From contig CAWDEM010000008.1 in assembly GCA_963801355.1 (NCBI GenBank), forward strand, positions 1,216,001 through 1,280,000: DNA of 64,000 nt, in the 5' to 3' direction. The DNA comes from Ignavibacteriota bacterium. GTDB taxonomy: Bacteria; Bacteroidota; Ignavibacteria; UBA10030; UBA6906. The notes under the pieces are model-generated. The model was not told where the DNA came from. It did no database searches and worked only from the letters and a program-made list of their open reading frames with translations. The position numbers were made by a program, and so were the translations under genes. How positions within the stretch are numbered: position 1 is the stretch's first letter; every line of letters starts with the position of its first letter. This document shows, in pieces, positions 8,796-19,400 of this stretch.

Positions 8796-10997
8796 ATGAA
8801 TGCTCTTTCACGCAGAAAATTTCTGAAGATCTCCGGGGCGGCAGTGGGCGCCGCTGCGGCCGGAACGGCAGCAATGCGGGCTGCAGGGCCGATCGCCTCG
8901 GCCACTTTGCCAACCGCGAAAGGCCTGCAAAAAGTCCCGACATTCTGTGACATCTGCTTCTGGAAATGCGGGACCATCGCATACGTCAGGGACGGAGAAC
9001 TCTGGAAGGTGGAAGGCAACCCGCTCGATCCCCTGAGCAATGGCCGGTTGTGTCCGAGAGGCACTGGAGGTGTCGGAGCCCACTACGACCCCGACCGCCT
9101 CAGAGCACCGCTGGTGCGCAAGAACAACCGCGGCCAGGAGGAATGGTTGGAGGTGACGTGGGACGAGGCATTTGCGTTCATTGCGGAAAAGATGCAGGCC
9201 ATCAAGACACAGTACGGACCGGAGTCCGTCGCCATGTTCAGCCATGGCATCGGCGGGAATTTCCTGAAGCATATGCTCAAGGCGTACGGGAGCCCGAACA
9301 TCGCCGCCCCGTCATTTGCACAGTGCCGTGGACCCCGTGATGTGGGGTTCCGGCTCACCTTCGGCGAGGATGTCAGCTCCCCCGAACGCACGGATATCCG
9401 CAACGCCCGCTGCATCGTTCTCCTGGGAAGCCACCTCGGGGAGAACATGCACAACACCCAGGTGCAGGAATTTGCTGACGCCGTCGGCGCTGGCGCATCG
9501 GTAATTGTCGCAGACCCCAGGTTTTCCATCGCCGCCGGAAAAGCAAAGTACTACCTCCCGGTGAAACCGGGGACGGACATCGCCCTCCTCCTCGCATGGA
9601 TGCACGTGATCGTCACCGGGAAGCTGTACGATCATGAATATGTTGCGAAGCACGGTTTTGGATTCGAACAGTTCGCCGCCTCCCTGACACCGTTTACTCC
9701 GGAGTGGGCATATCCCGAGACCGGCATCGAACCGGCGGTGATCGAAGCCACCGCACGCGAGATGGCAGCGTACAAACCCGCAACGCTCGTCCACCCCGGA
9801 CGCCACGCAACCTGGTACGGTGACGACACACAGCGCAGCCGCGCCATCGCATTGCTGAATGCGCTCCTGGGCAGCTGGGGCCGCAAGGGCGGCTTCTATA
9901 CGCCCGTCAGCATGGATCTGCCCGGATACCCCTACCCGGAATACCCCGCAAGCAAGCTGGGGAAGGTCGACAATCCCGACCACAGATATCCCTTCGCTCA
10001 CGAAACCATCACCACCGGCATCCGGGAAGCCACGATTACCGGCAACCCGTACCCGATCAAGGGATGGTGGGTGTATGCCACGAACCTCATCCACGCACTT
10101 CCCAATGAATCGGAAACAATCAAAGCAATTCAGAACCTGGATCTCATGGTAGTTGTGGATGTGATCCCGAGCGAAATCGCCGGATGGGCCGATGTAGTGC
10201 TTCCGGAGTCGGTGTACCTTGAGCGGCACGACGATCTGAACGTAGAGTGGTTCCGCGAACCGTTCATCGCCCTCAGACAGCCCGTTGTCGCGGCCCCTCA
10301 TGAACAGAAGCCGAACTGGTGGATCGCAAAGAAGATGGCTGAACACCTCGGCCTGAGCGCATACTTCCCGTGGAACGATATTGAAGAATACCTCCGATAC
10401 CGCCTTTCCGCCGGCGGCATTGACTACGAGCGCCTCAAAAAAGACGGCATCATCAGGGGACCCGCACAGCCCATCTATTACGAAGAGGGTCTTCCACCGG
10501 TGTTCCCCACGCCCAGCGGAAAGATTGAATTCTACTCACCGCAATTGCAGAAGGCCGGTTTCGATCCGGTGCCCGTATATCATAGACCTCCACCCGGTCC
10601 GCCGGGGTACTACCGTCTCCTGTACGGACGGGCACCAGTCCATTCGTTCAGCAGAACCCACTCCAATCGTATTCTCTCTGACATGATGGAGGAAAACGAA
10701 ATCTGGGTCAACACGCAGACCGCACGCCATCATGACCTGGTGCACGGCCAGTATGTGCGGCTCAAGAATCAAGATGGCGTTGTCAGCAACCGCATCAAAG
10801 TAAAGGTCACGGAACGTATACGTCCGGAGTGCGTCTACATGGTCCACGGCTTCGGCCACAACAGCCGGATGCTCAGGCATGCCTTCGGGAAGGGTGCGAG
10901 CGATGCTCAGCTCATCACGCGTTATACAACCGACCCGTTGATGGGCGGCACGGGAATGAGCAACAACTTCGTCACCTTTGAATCCGTGGAGGCCTGA
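8796..10997 (+). CDS. psrA: Polysulfide/thiosulfate reductase catalytic subunit (molybdopterin oxidoreductase)
   Basis: Tat signal SRRKFLK; CDICFWKC...C [4Fe-4S] motif; Cys ligand in SFAQCRGPR; MGD-binding motifs; C-terminal molybdopterin dinucleotide domain. Confidence 0.88.
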   Translation: MNALSRRKFLKISGAAVGAAAAGTAAMRAAGPIASATLPTAKGLQKVPTFCDICFWKCGTIAYVRDGELWKVEGNPLDPLSNGRLCPRGTGGVGAHYDPDRLRAPLVRKNNRGQEEWLEVTWDEAFAFIAEKMQAIKTQYGPESVAMFSHGIGGNFLKHMLKAYGSPNIAAPSFAQCRGPRDVGFRLTFGEDVSSPERTDIRNARCIVLLGSHLGENMHNTQVQEFADAVGAGASVIVADPRFSIAAGKAKYYLPVKPGTDIALLLAWMHVIVTGKLYDHEYVAKHGFGFEQFAASLTPFTPEWAYPETGIEPAVIEATAREMAAYKPATLVHPGRHATWYGDDTQRSRAIALLNALLGSWGRKGGFYTPVSMDLPGYPYPEYPASKLGKVDNPDHRYPFAHETITTGIREATITGNPYPIKGWWVYATNLIHALPNESETIKAIQNLDLMVVVDVIPSEIAGWADVVLPESVYLERHDDLNVEWFREPFIALRQPVVAAPHEQKPNWWIAKKMAEHLGLSAYFPWNDIEEYLRYRLSAGGIDYERLKKDGIIRGPAQPIYYEEGLPPVFPTPSGKIEFYSPQLQKAGFDPVPVYHRPPPGPPGYYRLLYGRAPVHSFSRTHSNRILSDMMEENEIWVNTQTARHHDLVHGQYVRLKNQDGVVSNRIKVKVTERIRPECVYMVHGFGHNSRMLRHAFGKGASDAQLITRYTTDPLMGGTGMSNNFVTFESVEA

Positions 10998-10999
10998 CC

Positions 11000-11539
11000 A
11001 TGGCACGCTACGGAATGGTGATCGATACGGTGCGATGCGTGGGCTGTATGGATTGTGTCGTGGCCTGCAAGACCGAAAACGGCGTTCCCGAAGGGTACGA
11101 CAGAGACTGGATTGTGTACGACTCGAAGGGACAATTTCCGGATCTGCATATGGAGATCCGGAGTGAGCGGTGCAATCATTGCGACAATCCGCCCTGCGTC
11201 TATTGTTGTCCCTGCGGCGCCAGCCACATCCACGAACGCGGCGGTGTCGTGCTGGTGCATCATGACAAATGCAGCGGCTGCAAGGCCTGCATCGCCGCCT
11301 GCCCGTACGACGCCCGTTTCATTCATCCCGAGGGATACGCCGACAAATGTACGTTTTGTATCCACCGCGTGGAAAAGGGCCTGGACCCCGCATGTGTCGC
11401 CGTCTGCCCGACGCACTGCATGCACTTCGGCGATCTGGAAGATCCCAACAGCAACGTCAGCCGCCTGCTGGCTTCCCGCAAGCACCACGCCCTGTTGACG
11501 GCGGCAGGGACGGAGCCGCAGATATCGTATCTGGACTGA
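11000..11539 (+). CDS. psrB: 4Fe-4S dicluster electron-transfer subunit
   Basis: CVGCMDCVVAC, CNHCDNPPCVYCCP, CSGCKACIAACPY, KCTFC...CVAVCP. Confidence 0.9.
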   Translation: MARYGMVIDTVRCVGCMDCVVACKTENGVPEGYDRDWIVYDSKGQFPDLHMEIRSERCNHCDNPPCVYCCPCGASHIHERGGVVLVHHDKCSGCKACIAACPYDARFIHPEGYADKCTFCIHRVEKGLDPACVAVCPTHCMHFGDLEDPNSNVSRLLASRKHHALLTAAGTEPQISYLD

Positions 11540-11566
11540 TAACCGAACAAGGAAACGAGTGACACG

Positions 11567-12518
11567 ATGCGTGAATTGGTGACAACACGAGCGAATCCGA
11601 TGATCGACCCTGCCCTGTACATCTGGGGATGGGAGATACCGGTGTACCTGTTCCTCGGTGGATTGGTTGCCGGGATGATGATCATCTCGGGATATTTTCT
11701 TTTCAAAGGACGCCAAAAGGAGATGTCCTGTTCCTGCCTGACACTTCCCTTGCTGAGCGTCGTTCTCCTGAGTCTGGGTATGCTGGCTCTCTTCCTTGAC
11801 CTTGATCACCGCTGGTATTTCTGGCGGATGTACACGACGTTCCAGCCGGCATCGCCGATGTCGTGGGGATCGTGGATCCTCATCCTCGTCTACCCCGTGC
11901 TCCTTGCGAATGCGCTCATACGTACGCCGGCCTGGCTTCGAGAGACGTGTTCCCCTGACGACGACGCTGTCAGAACGCTTGCAGGCACACAGTGCGACGG
12001 TGAAGTTCATCGGTATCATGAACATGGCGCTGGGTGCATCCCTCGGGATTTACACGGGAATCCTGCTGAGCGCACTGGGGGCACGGCCGCTCTGGAACAG
12101 CTCCATACTCGGTCTCCTCTTTCTCACCTCCGGACTCTCTTCCGCAGCCGCGTTCGTGCACCTGGTGGCGTCTGACCCGTATGAACAGAAGCTTCTTGCA
12201 AGAGCCGACATCGGGTTCCTGTCAGTCGAACTCGTCCTCATTGCGATGTTCTTCATCGGACTCGTCACCAACACGCAGGCACACATGGAATCAGCTCTCC
12301 TGCTCCTGAGCGGCCCGTATGCCCCGGTGTTCTGGGTGTTCGTAATCATCCTCGGCATTGTTGTGCCGCTCATTGTGCAGTCGATGGCGGTGAACAACAA
12401 AGTCGCCCACACGCCGGTTGCCCCCGTTCTTGTTGTTCTGGGAGGATTGATACTCCGCTTTGTGGTCGTCGAGGCGGGTCAGGTAAGTCACTGGACACGT
12501 ATACTTCAATCGAACTAG
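11567..12518 (+). CDS. psrC: NrfD/PsrC membrane anchor, split by a frameshift near 11937
   Basis: WGWEIPVYLFLGG, LDL, and SPMSWGSW in ORF 11567-12175; YTGILLS..ARPLWN..RFVVVEAGQ in ORF 11796-12518. Removing one base joins them. Confidence 0.85.
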
Positions 12519-12534
12519 GGAGATCTCTTTATGC

Positions 12535-13113
12535 ATGAAGATGCACAATCATTTACCGCTGAGTATGGCCGGCACAGAGCGTCACCAGACCGTGCGTCAC
12601 GCACCTCAGCCGTACACGCACCCGTACCTTGCGGGGTTCGGACTCGGACTGGTTCTCCTTGCATCGTTCGTCATCATGGGTCGCGGCCTCGGCGCATCCG
12701 GCGCATTCAGCTCGCTGGTCGCAGCCGGTGTCGACGCTGTCGCACCGGAGCATGCCCGCTCGAACGTGTTCTATGCGGAATATCTTGGCGACGGATCCAG
12801 AAGCCCGCTGATGGACTGGTTGGTCTTCGAGGTGGCTGGCCTTTTTGTCGGCGGGTTTCTTTCGGGCATTCTGGCCGGGCGCGTACGAAAAGGAATTGAA
12901 CGAGGCCCATCGATCACCAACCAGGGGCGACTGCTCCTCGCATTTGCCGGGGGCAGCCTCATGGGGATCGGCGCGAAGCTTGCCAGGGGTTGTACAAGCG
13001 GCCAGGCCATGACGGGCGGAGCCTTACTGAATGTCGGAAGCTGGGCGTTCATGATGTGTGTGTTTGCAGGTGCGTACGCAATGGCGTATTTCGTGAGGAG
13101 GCAATGGCTATGA
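12535..13113 (+). CDS. YeeE/YedE (TsuA-like) sulfur-compound transporter, half 1
   Basis: HPYLAG, GLGASG, LARGCTSGQAMTG; several TM segments. Confidence 0.85.
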   Translation: MKMHNHLPLSMAGTERHQTVRHAPQPYTHPYLAGFGLGLVLLASFVIMGRGLGASGAFSSLVAAGVDAVAPEHARSNVFYAEYLGDGSRSPLMDWLVFEVAGLFVGGFLSGILAGRVRKGIERGPSITNQGRLLLAFAGGSLMGIGAKLARGCTSGQAMTGGALLNVGSWAFMMCVFAGAYAMAYFVRRQWL

Positions 13114-13712
13114 GCGCACCCTTCTACAAATTCGGCTTGTTCGGCGACAATGTGAGCCTGATCGTCGCATTCGTCATCGGGATCGGGTTCGGATTCTTCC
13201 TTGAACGGGCCGGCTTCGGCAGCGGCCGGAAACTGGCAGCCCAGTTCTATTTCACCGATCTCACCGTGTTCAAGGTGATGTTCACTGCCATCATCACGGC
13301 AATGCTTGGACTATTCTACCTGTCATGGCTCGGGTTCCTCGACCTCCCGCAGGTCTACCTCACACCTACATACCTCGTCCCGCAGATTGCGGGCGGTGTC
13401 TTGCTCGGCATAGGGTTTGTCGTCGGCGGGTACTGTCCCGGAACCGCATGTGTGGCAGCATCCACAGGCAAGCTCGACGGCGTGGTAAATCTTCTCGGCA
13501 TCATCTCGGGGATTTTTGTGTTCGGCGAGCTGTTCCCCATGATAGAAGGGTTCTTCTATTCAACGCCGATGGGACAAATTACGCTGCCGCAGCTCTGGAA
13601 CATTCCCTACGGAATCATCGTGTTTCTGGCTGTGCTGATGGCCATCGGAGGATTCTCCGGGGGGACCTGGGTTGAAAAGAGGATGGCGGCACGAAAGGGA
13701 GGGCATTCCTGA
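13110..13712 (+). CDS. YeeE/YedE family transporter, half 2
   Basis: GFGFFLERAGF, DLTVFKVMF, GGYCPGT; ATGA overlap. Confidence 0.85.
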   Translation: MSAPFYKFGLFGDNVSLIVAFVIGIGFGFFLERAGFGSGRKLAAQFYFTDLTVFKVMFTAIITAMLGLFYLSWLGFLDLPQVYLTPTYLVPQIAGGVLLGIGFVVGGYCPGTACVAASTGKLDGVVNLLGIISGIFVFGELFPMIEGFFYSTPMGQITLPQLWNIPYGIIVFLAVLMAIGGFSGGTWVEKRMAARKGGHS

Positions 13713-14371
13713 TGAAAACCCTCATCAAGAATTTGAAACCGACCCATAAGGCCGGGCTCCTGGTGGGCCTCCTCGCCCTGATCGCGGCATTCGCAGGAAG
13801 CCCGTACCAGGGAACCCGGTATACGATCGATGAGCAAGAGCTGGCCCGCATTGTGGAGGGAACCACCGACCATGTCAGCCCCGAAACATTGGCCGACTGG
13901 CTCATCCAGGGCAAAACGGATTTCCGGCTGATCGATATCCGTACAGACAAGGAGTACGCAGCATATCACATTCCCGGAGCAGAAAACGTGCCGTTGACAG
14001 CCCTGCCGGAGTACGGCCTGCAGAAGGCGGAAAAGATCGTGATCTACTCGGAGGGGGGCATACATTCAGCCCAAGCATGGTTCCTTCTGAAGGCGAAAGG
14101 ACACCGCGCCGCCTACATGCTGTTCGGCGGACTCGAGGAGTGGAAGGATAAAGTGCTCTTCCCGTCCCTTCCCCCGAACGCGAGTCCCGCACAACTTGTG
14201 GAGTTCGCGAAGATGAAAGAAGTGAGCAAGTTTTTCGGAGGAACTCCACAGACAGGACCGGCAGAGCCATCGCAACCCCCCTCGCTGACAATGCCGAAGC
14301 TGGAAATGCCGCAGGCAGCACAGGCTGCCCCGGGCAGCACTCCGAAGAAAAAGAAAAAGGAAGGATGCTGA
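13712..14371 (+). CDS. Membrane-anchored rhodanese-like protein (active-site Cys replaced, C-terminal Cys)
   Basis: LIDIR, HIPGA, LFGGLEEW. The active-site loop reads VIYSEGGIHS, and the protein ends KKKKKEGC. Confidence 0.8.
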   Translation: MKTLIKNLKPTHKAGLLVGLLALIAAFAGSPYQGTRYTIDEQELARIVEGTTDHVSPETLADWLIQGKTDFRLIDIRTDKEYAAYHIPGAENVPLTALPEYGLQKAEKIVIYSEGGIHSAQAWFLLKAKGHRAAYMLFGGLEEWKDKVLFPSLPPNASPAQLVEFAKMKEVSKFFGGTPQTGPAEPSQPPSLTMPKLEMPQAAQAAPGSTPKKKKKEGC

Positions 14372-14985
14372 AAGACCCTCGCACTATCAGCGGTGCTGTG
14401 CTTGCCGGTGGATCCGGCAGGCGTGTGAAAAGCGACAAGGCGCTGCTGACCTTGAACGGCACGACACTTCTTGAACGGAGTATCGGGATCCTGATGCCCG
14501 CTGTCAGCCGCGTGGTCGTGGCTGTAGGCATGGCGAACCGCTACACCGTTCAGGACGTTGAATTCATTGGCGATCCCATTCCCGCATGCGGCCCTCTCGG
14601 TGGAGTGCTCGCCGCACTAGAGGAATCCACTGCTGATGAGGTGTTCGTTCTCGCATGTGACCTTCCTTTCATCACTACCGATGTGATTCGCTTTCTCATT
14701 GAGGCCGAACCCGGGTGTGCAATCGTTGTTCCATCTTCAGAGGGCGATGTGCAGCCGCTCTGCGGACGCTATGCTGTATCCCTGAAGGGCGCCCTTCGCG
14801 GATTTCTGCAGGGCGGCGGAAGGAAGGTGAGGGATTTTGTCGCTTCCCTGCCGAACAAAGTTGTTGACATCGCGCCGGGTCATTTCCTGTACCGTCCATA
14901 CCTGCTTTCGAATGTGAACACCGACGAAGAACTGAAGTTCGCAGAAGCGTTCATGAAGATGGGAAGAAGTGGACGTGCACCATGA
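14365..14985 (+). CDS. mobA: Molybdenum cofactor guanylyltransferase
   Basis: VLAGGSGRR..DKALL, GPLGG, ACDLPF, QPLCGRY, NVNT. Confidence 0.9.
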   Translation: MLKDPRTISGAVLAGGSGRRVKSDKALLTLNGTTLLERSIGILMPAVSRVVVAVGMANRYTVQDVEFIGDPIPACGPLGGVLAALEESTADEVFVLACDLPFITTDVIRFLIEAEPGCAIVVPSSEGDVQPLCGRYAVSLKGALRGFLQGGGRKVRDFVASLPNKVVDIAPGHFLYRPYLLSNVNTDEELKFAEAFMKMGRSGRAP

Positions 14986-15065
14986 CCATTGGAACACGTG
15001 CACCATGACCATTGGAACTCGTTCACCATGAACATTGGAACACGCTTATCATGAACATTGGAACA
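14974..15065 (+). repeat. 4 x 23-bp tandem repeat
   Basis: CGTGCACCATGACCATTGGAACA-like units back to back with no spacers, diverging toward the 3' end. Confidence 0.85.
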
Positions 15066-15081
15066 TAGTAGCATTTGCCTG

Positions 15082-16359
15082 ATGGACACATCACACAACA
15101 CTGGTCCCGACCTTTCTCCCCTCTCTCTTCGCTGGCAGCGGGCTGCGATGCTGGGGAGCCTCTGGGCCGCAAACGAGATCGTACTGGGCAGTTTTCTGCA
15201 CAACGTTGGGATTCCTTTCGCCGGCACCATCCTCGCATGCATTGGCGTGACTCTGCTTGTTGCCGGCCTCTGCCTCTGGGATGATCCAGGTGTCATCTGG
15301 CGGGCGGGCGTGATCTGCTCGCTCATGAAGTCCATCTCCCCAAGCTCGGTGATTCTAGGTCCGATGATCGGCATTCTCACCGAAGCGGTGCTCATCTATT
15401 TCTTCGTGGTTGCCTTTCGCCGCACTTCACTTGGATGTATCCTCGGTGGCATTGCCGCTGCCGTCACTCCCCTTGTGCAGAAAGTCATCAGCATCATCAT
15501 TGCCTACGGCATGGATGCCGCACGGATGTACGAGAATCTGTTCTCACTCTTCTCGGAGAGGCTGCAGTTCCGGAGCCTGGATGCGCGAGAAGCCCTCCTC
15601 CTGCTGATAGCGGCACAGGCGGTTCCCGGGGCGCTGGCAGCGGTCGCCGGTATTGCAATCGCGCGTCGAGCCCGGAGTGTCCCTCCCACCCAGGTTTCCG
15701 AAATAGAGTCGGGGAGTGGGGACTCAGCCGCGTTCCAGGCATCCTCCCAACGCTACTCGATTCCCGCGCTGTTTCTGCACTTTGCGGTGATTCTCGCCGG
15801 GCTTGCACTGATACCGGCCCTGCCGCAGCTTCTCACACCCATCCCAGTGGCAGTTTACCTTCTCGCGGTCCTCTACTGGTATCCTGGTGTGCGTCCGAAA
15901 TTCAAACGGGCACGACTATGGCTGGAATTTGCCGGTGTGGCCATTCTCGCAGGTGTGCTGCTGGGAGTCCTCGCGCCAGGCGGAAAAAGCACATGGTGGA
16001 CGGGGCTGCAGAGCGGCGTTGTTATGGTCTCCCGGGCCACGCTCGTCATCACGGCCTTCAGCGCGATCAGCATCGAACTGCGCAACCCGGTTGTGGTCAA
16101 CTGGTTTCTCGAGCGCGGACTGGGTACCGTTTCAGCAGCGCTGCACATGGCGTTTCGCGCCCTTCCGGCGATGACGCAGTCCCTCAATCAGGGCCGCGAA
16201 TGGGCGCGGCACCCCCTGAGGGCATTCAGCTCAATGCTTGCCTTCATGCTCGCACAGCTGGGGGAAACGCCCCGGGACGGGACACTCGAGAATTCCCGGG
16301 GAGGGACACTGGAGAATTCCCGGGTCTCAACCCCCTCCAACGGCCCTGCTTCAACCTGA
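15082..16359 (+). CDS. Polytopic membrane protein
   Basis: Many TM segments. N-terminal [18 protein letters not shown] resembles ECF S-component-like membrane proteins. Start uncertain (15058 or 15082). Confidence 0.7.
   Translation: MDTSHNTGPDLSPLSLRWQRAAMLGSLWAANEIVLGSFLHNVGIPFAGTILACIGVTLLVAGLCLWDDPGVIWRAGVICSLMKSISPSSVILGPMIGILTEAVLIYFFVVAFRRTSLGCILGGIAAAVTPLVQKVISIIIAYGMDAARMYENLFSLFSERLQFRSLDAREALLLLIAAQAVPGALAAVAGIAIARRARSVPPTQVSEIESGSGDSAAFQASSQRYSIPALFLHFAVILAGLALIPALPQLLTPIPVAVYLLAVLYWYPGVRPKFKRARLWLEFAGVAILAGVLLGVLAPGGKSTWWTGLQSGVVMVSRATLVITAFSAISIELRNPVVVNWFLERGLGTVSAALHMAFRALPAMTQSLNQGREWARHPLRAFSSMLAFMLAQLGETPRDGTLENSRGGTLENSRVSTPSNGPAST
16271..16324 (+). repeat. About 2.25 x 24-bp tandem repeat at the 3' end of the membrane-protein gene
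   Basis: CCCGGGACGGGACACTCGAGAATT / CCCGGGGAGGGACACTGGAGAATT / CCCGGG, encoding GTLENSR twice. Confidence 0.75.
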
Positions 16360-16463
16360 TTTTCTGCTGTTTCGTCAGAAATTCTTTCGTAATACCCCCG
16401 GACGCGATTATTATTCATAGATTTGCCGAAGCTCTTCTCGGTTCCCTTAGCCTTGATGCAACT

Positions 16464-19400
16464 ATGCTTCAGACCGGGATCGACATAGGCTCCACGACGG
16501 CCAAACTTGTTTTGCTGAACGAGCAGCAGGAGGTCGTGTTCTCAGCCTACCTTCGCCACAATGCCCAGGTCCGCCAGACTCTCGCCGCGATGTTGCGTGA
16601 TGCACAGCATTCGCTCGGCGACAGGGTTGTCCAGGTCTGTGTTACCGGTTCCGCCGGGATGGGTATCGCGGAGCGTTGCGGCATACCGTTTGTCCAGGAG
16701 GCAGTCAGCTCTGCGGAGGTAGTGCGCCGCTTCTATCCCAACGTACGGACGCTGGTCGATGTCGGCGGAGAAGACACGAAGATGATCTTCTTCGATGACC
16801 GGAAGAGACCCGACATACGGATGAACGGCAATTGCGCCGGCGGCACGGGGGCCTTCATCGACCAGATGGCTTCATTGTTGAATATCTCCATTGAAGAGCT
16901 TGACCGCCTCGCCTCCACGCATCAGCACCGGTACCCCATTGCCACACGTTGCGGCGTCTTCGCGAAGACAGATGTGCAAAATCTGATCAGCCGGCAGATT
17001 CCACGGGATGACGTCGCCGCAACCATCGTACAAGCCGTTGCGCTCCAGACAAAGAACACACTTGCCCGGGGTACCACCATTGCGCCACACGTTTTGTTCT
17101 GCGGCGGCCCCCTGACTTTCTTCCCCTCTCTCAGACAGGCTTTCGTCGAGGTTCTTAAGATCTCGCGGGAAGAAGTGATCCTTCCTGAGAAATCGGAGAT
17201 GTTCCCTGCCCTCGGAGCGGCAATGACACCCGTAAAAGCCGCCCTGGAAACGACGTTCGGAGAACTGATCCACCGCGTGGAATGCAACGATCGGGCGAAG
17301 GACAGCGGCTCCGGAACGCTTTCGCCCCTCTTCAATGGAGAAACGGAATTCCGGGAGTGGCTTCAGGCGAATGCTGAAGCATCCGTCGAACACATCGATC
17401 TCTCGCGGCTGAACGGTTCTCCCTGTTTCCTGGGCGTGGATTCAGGTTCGACCACAACGAAAGTCGTTGTGATAGACTCGTCGGGCAAAATCGCTTTTGA
17501 GTTCTATGCCAACAACAAAGGTAATCCGATCGGGGCTGTGAGAGAGGGAATCGCCAAGCTTCGGCAGCTGGCAACGGAGACAGGGACTGCACTCTCCATT
17601 TCCCGGAGCGCGGTCACAGGATACGGCGAAGATCTCATTCGCGCCGCGTTCGGGTTCGATGAAGGCATCGTAGAGACGCTCGCCCATCATAGGGCCGCCA
17701 GGCATTTCCGGAAGGACGTCACGTTCATCCTGGATATCGGCGGACAGGATATGAAAGCCATCTTCATCGAGGATGGATTCATCAAGAACATCGCGATAAA
17801 CGAGGCATGCTCCTCCGGATGCGGTTCATTCATCGAAACATTTGCGGAGTCGCTTGGGTACCGCGTGTCGGATTTTGCGCAGAGTGCCTGTGCTGCCCCG
17901 CATCCATACGACCTCGGAAGCCGTTGCACGGTGTTCATGAATTCACGGGTGAAACAGGCGCTCCGGGAAGGGACTTCCATCCCTGACATCGCCGCCGGCC
18001 TTGCGTATTCGGTTGCCAGAAACTGTCTCCAGAAGGTCCTGAAGATCAACGACACAGAGCGTTCTCGGAGATGCGGTCGTCGTACAAGGAGGCACATTCC
18101 GCAACGCGGCGGTGCACCGTGCGTTTGAGATTCTCCTCGGGCGCAAGGTGATCTGCTCCAGCATCCCCGAACTCATGGGTGCCTACGGTGCGGCCCTTAC
18201 GGCACTCGATTCCCAAAACGCCATGGATGTGCCGGGCCGTCCCATCGCTCTCTCTGCGCTTGAGAACGCCGAAGAAACCTCCCGCAAAACCTCGACGTGC
18301 CGCGGATGCGAGAACAATTGCACAATCACGACTCTCGTGTTCCGCAACAAGAATCGATTCCACACCGGGAACAAGTGTGAAAGAATGTTCAGCAACACCG
18401 GGGCCGGTCGTCCGCAGGGGTGCAATCTGGCTGAGGTGCAGCTCCGGCTGCTTTTCGACCGCCCGCTCGTTCCTGCGGCAAAGCCCGCAATGCGCATCGG
18501 GATACCGCGGGTATTGAATATGTACGAGGACTTCCCGTTCTGGTGCACGTTGCTCGTCGGTTGTGGTATGCAAGTTGAGCTTTCTCCCGTATCCACAAAT
18601 GAAGTCTGCGACAAAGGGTGCGGGACGGTCATGTCTGACAATATCTGCTTCCCGGCCAAACTCGTGCACGGACATGTGCAGAGTCTGGTGGATTCCGGAG
18701 TCGACCGCATATTCTACCCCATGGTGTTCTTTGAGCAAGACGAACATGGAGGCTCATCGGATTCCTGGAATTGTCCGATCGTTGCCGCGTACCCGGACGT
18801 TATTCGCAGCGCAATGAATCCTGCGCGGAAACACGGCATCCCCTTTGATGCGCCCACCATCTCGTTCCGCAACGTTTCGCTTCTCCGGGAGGCATGTTAC
18901 CAATACCTGCACACCCTGGGCGTCACACGGAAGACATTTGCACCTGCGTTCCGTCGTGCCCTGAAGGCACAGCACCAGATGAAGGAAGTCCTCCGTGAAA
19001 AGGCTCGTGCTGTGCTCGAAGAATCGGCAACAGGCAGGCCGCTTGTGGTTCTGGCGGCGCGTCCATATCATCTTGATCCACTGGTAAACCACAAAATACC
19101 CGAAATACTCGCCGGTCTTGGGGTGGATGTTGTGACTGCAGATGCACTCCCTGTGGCAGCTGTTGCGCAGGCCGGCGAGGTCCAGGTCCTTGCACAGTGG
19201 AGCTATCCGAACAGACTTTATGACGCGGCGCGATGGGTGTCTGCGCACCCGGGGGCCGAGCTGGTTCAGCTCAACTCGTTTGGATGCGGGCCAGATTCCG
19301 TTGCCGTGGATGAAGTGAAATCGATTCTTGCACAACACGGAAAGAATCATACGGTACTTCGGATAGATGAAGTGACCAGTCCCGGTTCCGTGCGGCTCCG

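Noticed and set aside
8796-10997. Respiratory arsenate reductase ArrA
   Set aside because: The shorter length, the SFAQCRGPR ligand region and the YeeE/rhodanese context fit Psr/Phs better. Phylogeny is needed to be sure.
14974-15065. 23-bp repeats as a CRISPR array
   Set aside because: The units are contiguous with no unique spacers, and no cas genes are present.
16286-16324. CTCGAGAATTCCCGGG as vector polylinker contamination
   Set aside because: It is part of a degenerate 24-bp tandem repeat within an open frame, with no other vector features.
15435-16463. N-terminal 343 aa of the 897-aa ORF
   Set aside because: It overlaps the membrane-protein gene out of frame. Activase motifs begin at ATG 16464.
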